This document shows, piece after piece, positions 30,177 through 40,575 of a DNA stretch of 64,000 nt. Position 1 is the stretch's first letter. Every line of letters starts with the position of its first letter. Location: assembly GCA_963772725.1 (NCBI GenBank), contig CAVYYI010000004.1, positions 224,001-288,000 on the forward strand, written 5' to 3'. The notes under the pieces were generated by a model that was not told the DNA's origin, did not search any database, and worked only from the letters and a program-made list of their open reading frames with translations. The translations under genes were made by a program, and so were the position numbers. Origin of the DNA: an uncultured Phycisphaerales bacterium. GTDB taxonomy: Bacteria; Planctomycetota; Phycisphaerae; Sedimentisphaerales; Anaerobacaceae.

Positions 30177-31260
30177 TGTTATTTAGCCGTTTTTTTCTGC
30201 GGTTATATTTGAACCATGCGGCGCAGGCGCCTTCGGAACTGACCATACAGGGGCCGACAGGAGTTTGCGGAGTGCAGGCTTGCGCAAACAAATGGCATTG
30301 TGGCGGCTCAATCAGGCCGCATAGAACTTCACCGCATCGACAACCGGTTTTGTCTTCGTGCGGATTTTCGTCTATATTGAATCTTTTTACGGCATCGAAT
30401 TGTGAGTATTGTTCTCTGAGTTTAAGTGTGCTTTTCTCTATTTTTCCCAGTCCTCGCCAGTAACCATCGACCGGTTCGAAGCATTCATCTATAATTTTTT
30501 GTGCGATAAGATTTCCTTTGGGTGTTACCGCGGCATGATAAAGGGACGTTACCTCGGCGATACCCTGCTGCAACTGGCGACAGATTTCGGCGAGTCCTTC
30601 TATAATCTGCATAGGCTCGAAGCCCGCGACAACGCAGGGGCGTTTGAAATCATTTACAATTTCATTGAAACTATCGAACCCGATAATCACGCTGACGTGG
30701 CCTGGACAGAGGAAGGCGTCTATGTGGTTGGCTTTTCCGGAGAGCAGCGCACGCATGGCTGGAAGTACTATTTTATGGCCGGAAAGAATGCAAAAATTAT
30801 CTATATTTTCCTTTTTGGCTTGCTTCACGGCGACGGCTGTGGCGGGTGTGGTGGTTTCAAAACCTACCGCCGCAAAGATGACTGTTTTATGGGGATTGTC
30901 TTTAGCTAATTGGAGGGCGTCTTCGCTGCTGAGTACGACTTTGACATTTCCGCCGCTCTGCTTTGTCTCCAATGAGCCGGTTTTACCCTGTACACGCATC
31001 ATATCACCGTAGGTGGCGATGAGGCAGTCTTTGTTTTCAGCCAGTTCAAGGATGGCGTCGATGTAGCTTTGGTCGGTAACACATACGGGGCAGCCAGGCC
31101 CCGAGAGCAGTTTCAAACCGCTCGGCAGAGTTGACCTTATGCCGTTTCGGAAGATTGAGACGGTGTGTGTTCCGCAGACTTCCATAATATTTATCGGCCT
31201 GCCGATTTTTTTGCAGGCGGAATCCATAAGATGCTGAGCTTTAATAATTCTATTAAGCAT
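30166..31260 (-). CDS. hypD: Hydrogenase formation protein HypD
   Basis: MEVCGTHT, GPGCPVCV, GFETT, PGHV, GPCMVSSEGAC. Confidence 0.97.
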   Translation of the reverse strand: MLNRIIKAQHLMDSACKKIGRPINIMEVCGTHTVSIFRNGIRSTLPSGLKLLSGPGCPVCVTDQSYIDAILELAENKDCLIATYGDMMRVQGKTGSLETKQSGGNVKVVLSSEDALQLAKDNPHKTVIFAAVGFETTTPATAVAVKQAKKENIDNFCILSGHKIVLPAMRALLSGKANHIDAFLCPGHVSVIIGFDSFNEIVNDFKRPCVVAGFEPMQIIEGLAEICRQLQQGIAEVTSLYHAAVTPKGNLIAQKIIDECFEPVDGYWRGLGKIEKSTLKLREQYSQFDAVKRFNIDENPHEDKTGCRCGEVLCGLIEPPQCHLFAQACTPQTPVGPCMVSSEGACAAWFKYNRRKKRLNNNET

Positions 31261-31270
31261 ATTGATGAGT

Positions 31271-31513
31271 TTATCCTGAAATTTTGTTGGGAGTATCGTC
31301 GAATTCGTCGATTTCTTCGATTAAATGCCATGTCTTTTTTGCTTCTTCTTCGTCAACCATCGCGATAGCGAAGCCTGCGTGGACGAGAACCAAATCGCCC
31401 AGCTTGAGATTTTCAAGCAGGGTAGTTTTTGCGTGAAAGCGATTGCCCATAGCGTCAACAATCGCGTTGTCACCGCTTAATTCAATTATCCTTGCTGGTA
31501 TAGCTAAACACAT
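31271..31513 (-). CDS. hypC: Hydrogenase chaperone HypC
   Basis: MCLAIP, VLVHAGFA. Confidence 0.96.
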   Translation of the reverse strand: MCLAIPARIIELSGDNAIVDAMGNRFHAKTTLLENLKLGDLVLVHAGFAIAMVDEEEAKKTWHLIEEIDEFDDTPNKISG

Positions 31514-31554
31514 AATTCGTTACTCGTTATCCGTTTCTCGCTGCTCGTTATTCG
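31513..31554. repeat. Degenerate heptamer tract, 6 units, at the 3' end of the four-helix-bundle gene
   Basis: + strand taattcg ttactcg ttatccg tttctcg ctgctcg ttattcg. Confidence 0.85.
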
Positions 31555-31912
31555 CGGGTTGTATTTTATTGATTAAACTGGCGAGCATACGACTTTCGTG
31601 GTTTAAATTTTCCACCAATTCTTCCATTTGTCCTTTTGCAAGGTAATTTCTCTTATTGGCAATTATAATTTGTGTTTCTAATTCGGCACAAGACCCCAAT
31701 GATATATACAAAAATTGCTTATATTCCTTAATGTGACTCCTGGCAAAACCTTCTGCAATGTTAGATGCAATAGATACACATGCCCGTCTCATTTGACTGG
31801 TCAACCCATATAATTCTGACGTAGGAAACTTATCGGTAGCCATATATATTTTTTCTGCTATCTCAATCCCTTTTTGCCAAACTTTCAAATCTTTATAATC
31901 TTTTACTTTCAT
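31520..31912 (-). CDS. Four-helix-bundle protein (23S rRNA IVS protein / Avd-like family)
   Basis: YKDLKVWQK, FP..ELYGLTSQMRRACVSIASNIAEG, FLYISLGSCAELETQ. Confidence 0.92.
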   Translation of the reverse strand: MKVKDYKDLKVWQKGIEIAEKIYMATDKFPTSELYGLTSQMRRACVSIASNIAEGFARSHIKEYKQFLYISLGSCAELETQIIIANKRNYLAKGQMEELVENLNHESRMLASLINKIQPANNEQRETDNE

Positions 31913-31919
31913 AATTCTT

Positions 31920-34237
31920 TCAACGAGCGACCGGCGACGAGTAGCGAGCGACGATATTTGCCGCAATTGCGGCCTGACCTAAAGCTATTCCGGCGTCGTT
32001 AGCCGGAACAGATTTATTATATAATACATTAAAATCGTTTTTGTTCAAGAGGCTTATCAGGCGGGTGGTTAAATACCTGTTGCAGAAGACGCCGCCGCTG
32101 AGGGCAACAATATTTATCGCGGTTTTTTCTTTTGCTTTTTTAGCCATTTCTGTCAGGGCTGCGGCGATGCAGTTATGGAATTTTGCTGAGATAACACCTG
32201 CCAGAGTTTTATTTTTTATATCGCTGACTATGCCTTTTATCATCTTAGCAAAATCAATCTCAATAGTTCCGTTCTTTACAGTGATTTCAAAATCATAATT
32301 TTTTTCAACACCGCCCAAAATAATCGCTTCAAGCTCCATCGGCAGTTGAGCCTCGAAATGATTGTAATTGCCCAGGCCGAGCATCGCCGCGACGGCATCG
32401 AAGATACGACCGAGACTGGACGTTTCAACGGTATTAATTTCTTTTTCAAGCTGTTCGAGAATAATATTTCGTTTATTTTTTTGAGGCTCGATTTTATCTA
32501 AGAGCCAATCGAAATCGAAGGGTTTGAAACTGTTGCCGTAAGTTTTTTTTAGCAGGCTCAGGACAGGTCTTATGGGTTCTTTACTGGCCCTGTCGCCGCC
32601 TGCCAGGGGATAATAAGCGAGATGGCCGAACCGCTCAAAACTGTCCAGCGAAGCAATCAAGCATTCGCAGCCCCAGATTGCACCATCGGTGCCGTAGCCG
32701 GTGCCGTCGCAGGCAAGACCGATTACAGGGCCCGTGATATTATACTCGGCTAAAACAGAGGCGATATGCGCCCAATGGTGCTGAACCTCAATTACTTTGG
32801 TATTGGCAATTGAATGGGCGTACTGAGAGGAAAAATATCCGGGGTGCAGGTCGCAGACAATTGTTTTAGGCTCAACCTCAAAAAGTTTTTGCAGATGTTC
32901 AATTGAGTTAATATAGTGACGGTAAACATCAGCGTCTTCGAGGTCGCCGATATGTTCGCTGCAAATAAACTGGTCACTCTTGACAAGGCAAAACATATTT
33001 TTCATGTCCGCGCCGGCGGCGAAGATGTGGTTCTCGCAGTTTTGTTCGCTAAAAATTGGTGCCGGCACATAGCCTCTTGCTCTTCTGATAAAAACGGGCG
33101 TTTCATTTACAAACTGCACAATCGAATCGTCAACCTGGCGGTAAATTTCCCTGTTGTGCATCAGAAAGACGTCGGCTATGTCGGCGAGTTTTTCCAGGGC
33201 TGTTTCATTTTTGCATATCAACGGTTCATCGGAGATATTGCCGCTGGTCATCACGAGAACCTCAAGACCTTCTGCGAACAAGAGGTAATGCAGGGGGGCA
33301 TAGCAGAGCATAAAGCCGAGAGTATTGACGTCTTGTGCGACGGCGGGGGCGATTTGGCAGTTTTCTTTTTTGGGCAGCAGAACAATCGGAGCAGGGGGCT
33401 TTTCAAAATAAGTTCAGCGGCTTTGCTTACATCCACGTATTTTGTAATTTTCTCGATGGAGTCGGTCATCATCGCGAAAGGTTTATGGTCTCGCCTTTTC
33501 CGCTCCCTTAGCCTGGCGACTGCCTCGTTATTTAGAGCGTCAACAGCGAGATGAAAACCGCCGATGCCTTTTATGGCGGCTATTTTGCCTTCGTGAAGTA
33601 ACGTTGCGGTTTGGGCGATGACTTTATCACTGTGTGTTTCTATTGTTTTGCCGGAGCTGTCTGTGAGCCAAATTTTTGGTCCACACGCGGGGCAGGCAAC
33701 TGGCTGGGCGTGAAAACGGCGGTCTGTGACATCGGTGTATTGAGTGTGACATTTTTCGCACATCTTGAAAATCGACATTGTGGTGTTTGGCCTGTCGTAA
33801 GGGATATTTTTTATTATTGAATATCGCGGACCGCAATTGGTGCAGTTTATAAACGGATAGCGAAACCGAAAATCTTTTTTATCCCTCATTTCCGAGAGGC
33901 AGTCGGCGCAGATGGCCATATCCGCGGTTACCTGCGAGATGGGCGAACCCTGTGAATTACTTGCCTCAATGATAAAGCCACCGGCATTTTCAGCAAGAGG
34001 TATCTCAATCGCTTCACAGGTTTTTATCAAAGCCATTGGCGGTTTATCCATCGTTTGCAGTCGGAGAAGAAATTCATCTATTTTTTCCTGCTCACCCTGC
34101 AACTCGATTGTTACGCCCCTGGTGTCGTTATATACGAAGCCCGTAAGACCTGTTCGCCTGGCGATATTATGAACCGCGGGCCGAAATCCCACACCCTGCA
34201 CCTGACCTGTTATAAATATTCTCTTTCTTTTAACCAA
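31920..34237 (-). CDS. hypF: Carbamoyltransferase HypF (frameshift near 33395)
   Basis: GQVQGVGFRP, CTNCGPRY, RRFHAQPVAC, KGIGGFHL (ORF 33251-34237); MTSGN, DLHPGY, QHHWAH, DGTGYG, PANDAGIALGQ (ORF 31920-33311). Confidence 0.94.
31921..31955. repeat. Degenerate heptamer tract, 5 units, just upstream of the four-helix-bundle gene, inverted relative to 31513-31554
   Basis: + strand caacgag cgaccgg cgacgag tagcgag cgacgat. Confidence 0.82.
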
Positions 34238-34425
34238 TGCTTTTAATCTTTTGTTATAAATGTTGTCGATAAGAACTGTTGAAAGAATTAAACAACTAAA
34301 AGTATTATAACCTTAATTGTGCGAAAAAACAATTGTCGTCGGCTTATCAGATATTTGAATTGAGCGAAAACGGTGTAAAAACTAATTGTGGTGGCTGGCA
34401 TTATGTGTTAAAATGCTGATGTTTC

Positions 34426-34498
<73 letters not shown>

Positions 34499-34515
34499 TT
34501 AAGATTTCTTATCAA

Positions 34516-35455
34516 TTAGACTTGACGCAATCCATAAAGGACAAAACCAGCAGTCAGAGCCAGTGAGGTTATTGTGTGCAGGGCGATTGTGGCCTTGTTG
34601 GCAGCAAAATTTCCGGCTTTATCCAAATCATCGTTATTGACAAGTTTCATCGCCTTGAGAGCCATCGGGAAGGTCAGGATATACAATATTCCCGCGAAAA
34701 TGAACGGGCGATAAATAAAAATTCCCAAAATAGCAGCGGCATAACTTATCAGCAGGGTAATTCGGTATGTTAGTATAGCAGCAGGAAATCCGAAGCGGAC
34801 GACAAAAGTTTTTTTGCCGACGGCCGCATCTGCTGTTGCGTCCGGAAAGTCGTTTACCAGGATTACCAGGAAAATATGTATGCCGACGATAATCCCAGGG
34901 AAAAGCACAAAAGCGTCTAATGTTCTTGTCTGGAGAAAATAAGCGCCATATATCGGCAGCACGCCGAACAGTAATCCAATGAACGGCTCTCCTATCGTGC
35001 GATAGCCGAACTTAATTGGCGGGGCGGTATAGAAAAAACCGCCGAGAAGCCCCGCAATTCCAATCGCTAAGAGGAAAATGCTTTTAGTTTGCAGGACAAC
35101 CGCTATACCTATAATCGAACCCAACGCCATAAAAAATATTGAGGCCAGCACTGTAGCTTTCGGCGAAAAGAGTCCCTGCTGGATGAAACGGCTGCCGCCC
35201 GAAAAAGGCGTCGGGTTTTTATTGACCCAGTCGTTGGTGGAAAGATGGTCGAAATAGTCATTGGATGTATTGGTCTGCGATTTGAAAACACATCATAATA
35301 AATAACGCCGCCAGGAAATAAACAGGATTAAAAACTGCTGTTACGCTATACGCCATCGCTGTACCGACTGCAACAGGCGCAATACTTCCGACTAAAAATT
35401 GCGGACGCAGAGCGCCGATAAAAATTGCTGCTTTTGAGCATTTTGCCGTATACAT
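34516..35455 (-). CDS. menA: 1,4-dihydroxy-2-naphthoate prenyltransferase (UbiA family; frameshift near 35275)
   Basis: ALRP, NDYFD, FSGGSR, YTAPPIKFGY, NDFPDATADAAVGKKT, several TM helices. Confidence 0.85.
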
Positions 35456-35793
35456 TACTGACCTTTCCGTCGCCTGAAATCATAAATTCTAAGTTGAGCG
35501 GCTAAAAAGTCAATGGTATGCGTAAATTAAAATGCGTAAATTAAAAGCAAAGGAAATATATTGAGTTTCATTGCGATTAAGATAAGCTGAAATACACAAA
35601 CATCCCTTACCCCCGCCTTTTTTGCCTAAATTGCTTAGGGACGCTTTGTTACTCCTATTGTGTTGTGACGTTTTTTATATCAGCGGTTATTTTCTTCAAG
35701 TAACTCTCTGAGTTTGTCTTCGAGTTTAATCTCATTCATTTCTGAGCCCTTTATTTAAGACTCATCCTGTCCTTCAATTTCACTTTATATCTT

Positions 35794-35809
35794 AGCAAAT
35801 GTTGTTCCC
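35794..35809 (-). promoter_or_regulatory. Possible sigma54 -24/-12 promoter
   Basis: Minus strand GG-AACAACATTT-GC (GG-N10-GC with TTTGCT), upstream of the 19-codon ORF 35680-35739. Confidence 0.45.
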
Positions 35810-36216
35810 GAACGCAATCAAAAATCGTTTTGGGTAAGTTCTGGTGGATAATTTATGCTTGCAGGCTGTTTAAAACGATTATAATCAAAATTTACTTTTT
35901 TGCATAAAGATGCGAGTGTTGTGAGGATTAAATCCCTGTGTTGCAAAAAAACAACTCTAAAAATGAGGTACTATGGTTTATTGATGAATTGAAGGCTTGA
36001 GAAATATGAAGTCTGCGGATATGTTGATTTTTGTGAACGTCATGCCGCGAAATTCGGAAAACTCTTGATGCGAATAATTATATAGGGTAACCTGTTTTGA
36101 AACGGTTAACTCTTTAATATAACAAGAATTAACATCATAAATGTTAAAAAAATATTTTTAACAGCACTTTAACAAAAACGAAAAATGCATATATTATTTA
36201 TTTGAAGGCCAAAAAA

Positions 36217-36978
36217 ATGATTTATCAGGAACTCAAAGGAAAGCGCGTATTGGTTACTGGTTCAAGCAGCGGAATTGGTGCTGCCACTGCCATTATGTTT
36301 GCTCAGCAGGGGTGTTTTGTGGGCGTTCATTATTTTAGAACCGCTAAAGGGGGACAGGAAACACTTATGGAGGTAAAAAAATATAGCGATGGTATCCTGT
36401 TTTCCGCGGATGTGCGAAATGAAAATGAAGTTGCAAAGATGGTGAATGATTTCGCCGAAAAGGCAAGCGGTATCGATATTTTGATAAATAATGCGGGTTC
36501 TCTCATAAAAAGGATGCCCTTTGAGACCGCAACGATTGCATATTTTACCGATATATTTGCTACAAACGTTCAAAGCGTTTTTTTAGCTACGCAGGCAGCT
36601 TTGCCCTATCTAAAAACAAGTTGAGGCAATATTGTTAATATAGGCTCTATTGCCGGCCATACCGGCGGCGGAGGCGGTTCTGGTATCTATGCGGCCGCAA
36701 AAGCCGCTGTTGCGACCCAAACTATCGCTATGGCCGCTGAATTTGCCCCTTTTAGCATCAGGGTTAATAGCGTTCTGCCGGGCGTTATTGAAACCCGTTT
36801 TCACCAACGCTTCAGCACACCGGAAAGGCTGAAATTGCTTGCTGTCCAGACACCTTTGCGGAGAAACGGCACCCCTGAGGATGTAGCAAAAGCGGTACTT
36901 TTTCTCTCAAGCGACGCTGCTGGCTTCATTACCGGCGAGTACATAGCGGTCAACGGGGGGCTATATATGAGGGCGTAA
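36217..36978 (+). pseudogene. SDR-family oxidoreductase interrupted by one in-frame TGA (36622-36624)
   Basis: TGSSSGIG, NNAG, then KTS*GNIVNIGS, YAAAK, IRVNSVLPG, all in one frame. Confidence 0.8.
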
Positions 36979-37179
36979 GGAATATCCTTATGTCAAATTA
37001 AGGTTTTTTTGGGGAAATTGTTCTTGACTTACCTATTTTAACAACGTAGAATAATATTAGATAATATTAGATGGAGCGAGAGAGATTGCCTTGAGGGATA
37101 AATCCTTAAAGGTTGGTTTTTGGGACAAAGGAATAGTGAGAGAGGGTGAAAGAACACCCGCAAATTTGAGTTGTAACAC

Positions 37180-38237
37180 ATGGCAGAGAAGTTTGACGAC
37201 TTAACGCAAGGCAAATCGCCATGTCCGCAACGGCCTGTAGACAGGTACAAGGTGGACAGTGTGCGGGGTTCCCGTATAACCACAGTTCAAAGCACAATTA
37301 TTGGTGAATCATCGGCATTTAATTCATTAATAGAAATAATTAAAGCTATTGCGGGCGCAAATGCTCTGTAATAATAACAGGTGAAACCGGTGTCGGCAAA
37401 GAAATGGTTGCCAGGCAGATACATTTAATGAGTGACCGGGCCAGGAAAGTTTTTGTTCCGGTCGATTGCACTACTCTTACAGGCCAGTTATTTGAAAGCC
37501 AGTTGTTTGGTCATACCAAAGGCGCTTTCACCGGCGCAATAGACCATACGCTCGGTTTTTTCAGGGCTGCCGACGGCGGTACAATATTTCTTGATGAGAT
37601 AAGCGAAATACCTCTTGACCTGCAGGCTAAACTCCTCAGGGTTTTGCAGGATAACTCTGTTACACCTCTCGGTTCGACGAAATCATATCCCATCGATATT
37701 CGTGTTTTGTGTGCTACTAACCGTAATCTTGCGGAGATGGTAAAACAGGAGGCTTTTCGTTCGGACCTTTATTATCGTTTGAATGTTGTGAATATTGAAG
37801 TGCCGCCGCTTCGTCAGCGAAAGGACGATATCCTTCCTCTTGCGGAATTTTTCCTTGCCAACCAGGCTTCTTTTTACAGCGAACCGCCTAAAATGTTCAG
37901 CACGCAGGCAAAAAGTCTTCTTCTGAATTATAGTTGGCCTGGCAACGTCCGCGAATTGGCTAACGCTGTTGAGCGGGCTTATGTCCTTACTCTTGGCCAG
38001 GAAATTCAGCCGACTTCCCTGCCTTTCGAAATTTTAATTAGTGAGGATGCTTCATATCCTAAGCACCAGTTGCCGACTCTTGACGAAGTAAAACGCAGAA
38101 TTGTCATTCAGACGCTCGAATTTACAAAAGGCCGCAAAATAGCGGCGGCGAAAATTCTCGGCATAGAACGCCGGCAGCTTAACCGCCTGATGGAAAAGTT
38201 TGATATCCCCGTGTTAGAAAAAGACGGCGACATTTAG
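37180..38237 (+). CDS. Sigma54-dependent enhancer-binding protein without an N-terminal regulatory domain (frameshift near 37353)
   Basis: ITGETGVGKE, ESQLFGHTKGAFTGA, FLDEI, FRSDLYYRL, WPGNVREL, Fis-type HTH AAKILGI.R. Confidence 0.88.
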
Positions 38238-38307
38238 AAACGAATCTTAACCGCTTCTCTTATAAATATTCCTTCAAAATCCTCAAAAGGGTAATACTGT
38301 TTTCATC

Positions 38308-38347
38308 AATCGACCAATTCGGTCTCCCCTGACCAAACAGGTCGATT
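38308..38347. promoter_or_regulatory. Candidate enhancer (UAS): two GACC-N5-GGTC palindromes
   Basis: GACCaattcGGTC (38312-38324) and GACCaaacaGGTC (38331-38343), about 170-200 bp upstream of the sigma54 promoter; partial third site at 38403-38415. Confidence 0.55.
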
Positions 38348-38514
38348 GTTTATTAATCCTTTTCAATATAACCACTTATTACAATAAATGAAATTGCTGA
38401 CAAGCCGAATAGGTCAATTACGTAAAAAACTTAAATCGGTGCCCGCAAAAAATTTATCTGTCGTAACTGCTTATAAAGCAACAGCTTAAAATATATTTTA
38501 AAAATAATCCGAGT

Positions 38515-38531
38515 TTGGCACACGATTCGCA
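38515..38531 (+). promoter_or_regulatory. Sigma54 -24/-12 promoter
   Basis: TTGGCACacgaTTCGCA: GG at 38517-38518, GC at 38529-38530, exactly 10 bp between. Confidence 0.8.
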
Positions 38532-38584
38532 ATTATATATCAACGTAAGCAAATGATGTAGCAGCGACGATAGATAAAACACGA

Positions 38585-38596
38585 GTTCTTTAAAAA
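38585..38596 (+). promoter_or_regulatory. boxA-like antitermination signal
   Basis: GTTCTTTAAAAA matches the GYTCTTTAANA boxA consensus and lies between the promoter and the structured element. Confidence 0.55.
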
Positions 38597-38607
38597 TTTA
38601 AGAGCTA

Positions 38608-38889
38608 AAGAGCAAACACGGCTTGATGTGTTGCCGTGATTATTATAAATGCTCGCGAAGAGTTTTCTTTTCCCCCAAGCTGGGCTTGAAGACCTAAGCC
38701 AAAATTAATTTAAAGATAGGTTTTTTTCAGCCCGGCGAGAAAGCCGACACGGTTTTACCGTGATAATTATAGATAAGTTGTAGGCTACGAACTCTCTCTC
38801 CTCTTCTTCGCTGGGTGATGTTATTGACGCACTGTTAATGACCAACCCAGCATAAAAGTTAACACGACGGTGTCGTGATATTTATAGAT
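38608..38889 (+). ncRNA. Putative structured non-coding RNA element, copy A
   Basis: Three ACACG-hairpin-CGTGAT-N3-TATARAT units alternating with two pyrimidine-tract plus GCTGGG...CCCRGC stems; colinear with copy B. Confidence 0.65.
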
Positions 38890-38925
38890 GAATAAGCTGT
38901 GAAATAAAAAACAACAGGATACGCT

Positions 38926-39400
38926 ATGGCAGCAGTTGTTGAAGTATGTAAATTTAGGATTAACAATGATTGTTTTAGTTCAAGCAACAGTGTTGACGAT
39001 TGGTATTGGCAGCAGGAACGAAGTTTTACGTGAACTGCCGATTAGGATTGTAACGATGCAGGGTGGCGCTGAAGCCGCCCGCTCTTTGAAAAGTGAGAAA
39101 ATAGATAGTGTTATCAGCAAATGGGACCTCGATGATATGGAGAATGGCCGGTTTCTAAAGAAGCTTAAGGCGATTAAGCCGCACATCCCGACCATAGCTA
39201 TCATCAGGCCCGGTGACAGGATGCAGGAAATCGCGGCTCGCAGCATTGGTGTTTCAGCGGTGTTGACCGAAGATGCCAGCGATGAGCTTTTCCGGGAAAC
39301 TGTTGCGAATATTTTCAGTCTTACGGAAAGTACTTCTGTTGCGTCCGTGTTACCAGGCCGTAACAGCAAAAGAACGTATGTAAGAGTTGAAAATAGTTAA
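38926..39400 (+). CDS. Stand-alone receiver-like (pseudo-receiver) protein; start is 38966, or 38926 with a 1-bp indel
   Basis: CheY-like pattern GAEAARSLKSEKIDSVISKWDLDDM.NG..FLKKLK...PHIPTIAI...A..IGVSAVL, with Lys where the phospho-acceptor Asp is expected. Confidence 0.7.
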
Positions 39401-39441
39401 ATCAACATGTCCGGTGTGCCGGATTTTGCTGAAACAGCATC

Positions 39442-39699
39442 AAGAGCAAACATGGCGGTTATAAGCCATGAGAATATATAGATGCTCGCGAAGAGTTTTC
39501 TTCCCCCAAGCTGGGTTTGAGTGCCAAAAAGATTGTTCATTCTTTGGTGTTCTTTCCCGGCAAGAAAGCTGACACGGTTTAGCCGTGATAAGTATAAATA
39601 ACCAATAACTTCTCTCTCCTCTTCTTCGCTGGGCGGGGTTGATATTTGCCACCCAGCATGAAAATAGACACGGTCTGTAGTGACGTGATAAATATAAAA
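39442..39699 (+). ncRNA. Putative structured non-coding RNA element, copy B
   Basis: Shares AAGAGCAAAC, ATGCTCGCGAAGAGTTTTCTT, CCCCCAAGCTGGG, CCCGGC.AGAAAGC.GACACGGTTT, TCTCTCTCCTCTTCTTCGCTGGG and ACCCAGCAT with copy A; compensatory CACGGC/GCCGTG to CATGGC/GCCATG. Confidence 0.65.
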
Positions 39700-39939
39700 A
39701 ACATATTGTGCGTTTGGAGAAATAAAGAAACGAAAAAGATTCTCTGTCATCGTTGAGCAATAGATATATTTTCTGAAAAAGTCTGACCTGTTTTTACGAT
39801 GGTGATATATCGTTGATATGATACCGGCAGGGTTATTTTGTGCATTAACTGCCCGAAAGGTATGCGCATTGAGCAGTCATATATAGCGATGTAAAAGGTC
39901 TTGTGTATAAAAAAGGTATCTCAAGGAGGGATATGTACA

Positions 39940-40575
39940 ATGGACGGTAAAAAATGCTGTTATGGTTTGGCTATGTTTTTAGTTTTTAGCGTATTCGTTG
40001 GTTCGCTGGAGGCGACCATCTGTCCGTTTAAAATATTTACCAATAACGGCGGATATAGCAGCAGTCCCAACATCATTTTATACGTCGATGTTACAAATGG
40101 TAGTACAGGAATGGTTGATTTTACTTTTCATAACGATAGTTTGGTAAGTTCCTCAATAGCTGCGATTTATTTTGACGGCGGGCCGATTACAGGAATTAGC
40201 AGTATAACAAACGGGTCTGGTACTTTATTCTCCGGCTCGGCAACTCCTGGTAATTTACCTGCCGGCAATATGTTATTTCCGTCATTTACAACGGATTTTG
40301 CAGTTGGAGCAGACTCTCCCCCGCCAACTAACGGGATTAATCCCGGTGAATGGCTGCGCGTTACGTTTAATCTGGCAGACAGCGCTACGTCTCAAACCGC
40401 TTATGACCAGTTGATTGCAGGTGTATTTCGTATCGGTATGCACGTGATTTCATTGCCGGACGGGTTGAGTGAGGCCGCGGTCAATGTTCCCGAACCAACT
40501 ACAATTATGCTGCTTGGTGGCTTAAGTGCTTTAAGCTTAGTCGGCAGAAGAAAAAAATTGGAGGTGCACGTATGA
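39940..40575 (+). CDS. PEP-CTERM sorting domain protein 1
   Basis: Signal peptide; C-terminal VPEPTTIMLLGGLSALSLVGRRKK. Confidence 0.92.
   Translation: MDGKKCCYGLAMFLVFSVFVGSLEATICPFKIFTNNGGYSSSPNIILYVDVTNGSTGMVDFTFHNDSLVSSSIAAIYFDGGPITGISSITNGSGTLFSGSATPGNLPAGNMLFPSFTTDFAVGADSPPPTNGINPGEWLRVTFNLADSATSQTAYDQLIAGVFRIGMHVISLPDGLSEAAVNVPEPTTIMLLGGLSALSLVGRRKKLEVHV

Noticed and set aside
31520..31912. Diversity-generating retroelement (Avd-like gene)
   Set aside because: No reverse transcriptase and no TR/VR pair with adenine-specific mismatches seen in the window.
36622..36624. Selenocysteine codon in the SDR gene
   Set aside because: The position is a non-catalytic loop where Cys is not expected, and no clear SECIS-like hairpin follows.
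38608..39699. CRISPR array
   Set aside because: Conserved parts are short, interrupted and unevenly spaced, the variable parts are self-complementary stems rather than unique spacers, and no cas genes are present.
39397..39760. Minus-strand ORFs 39397-39750 and 39440-39760
   Set aside because: No recognisable motifs; they overlap structured copy B, and copy A has no equivalent ORF in the track.
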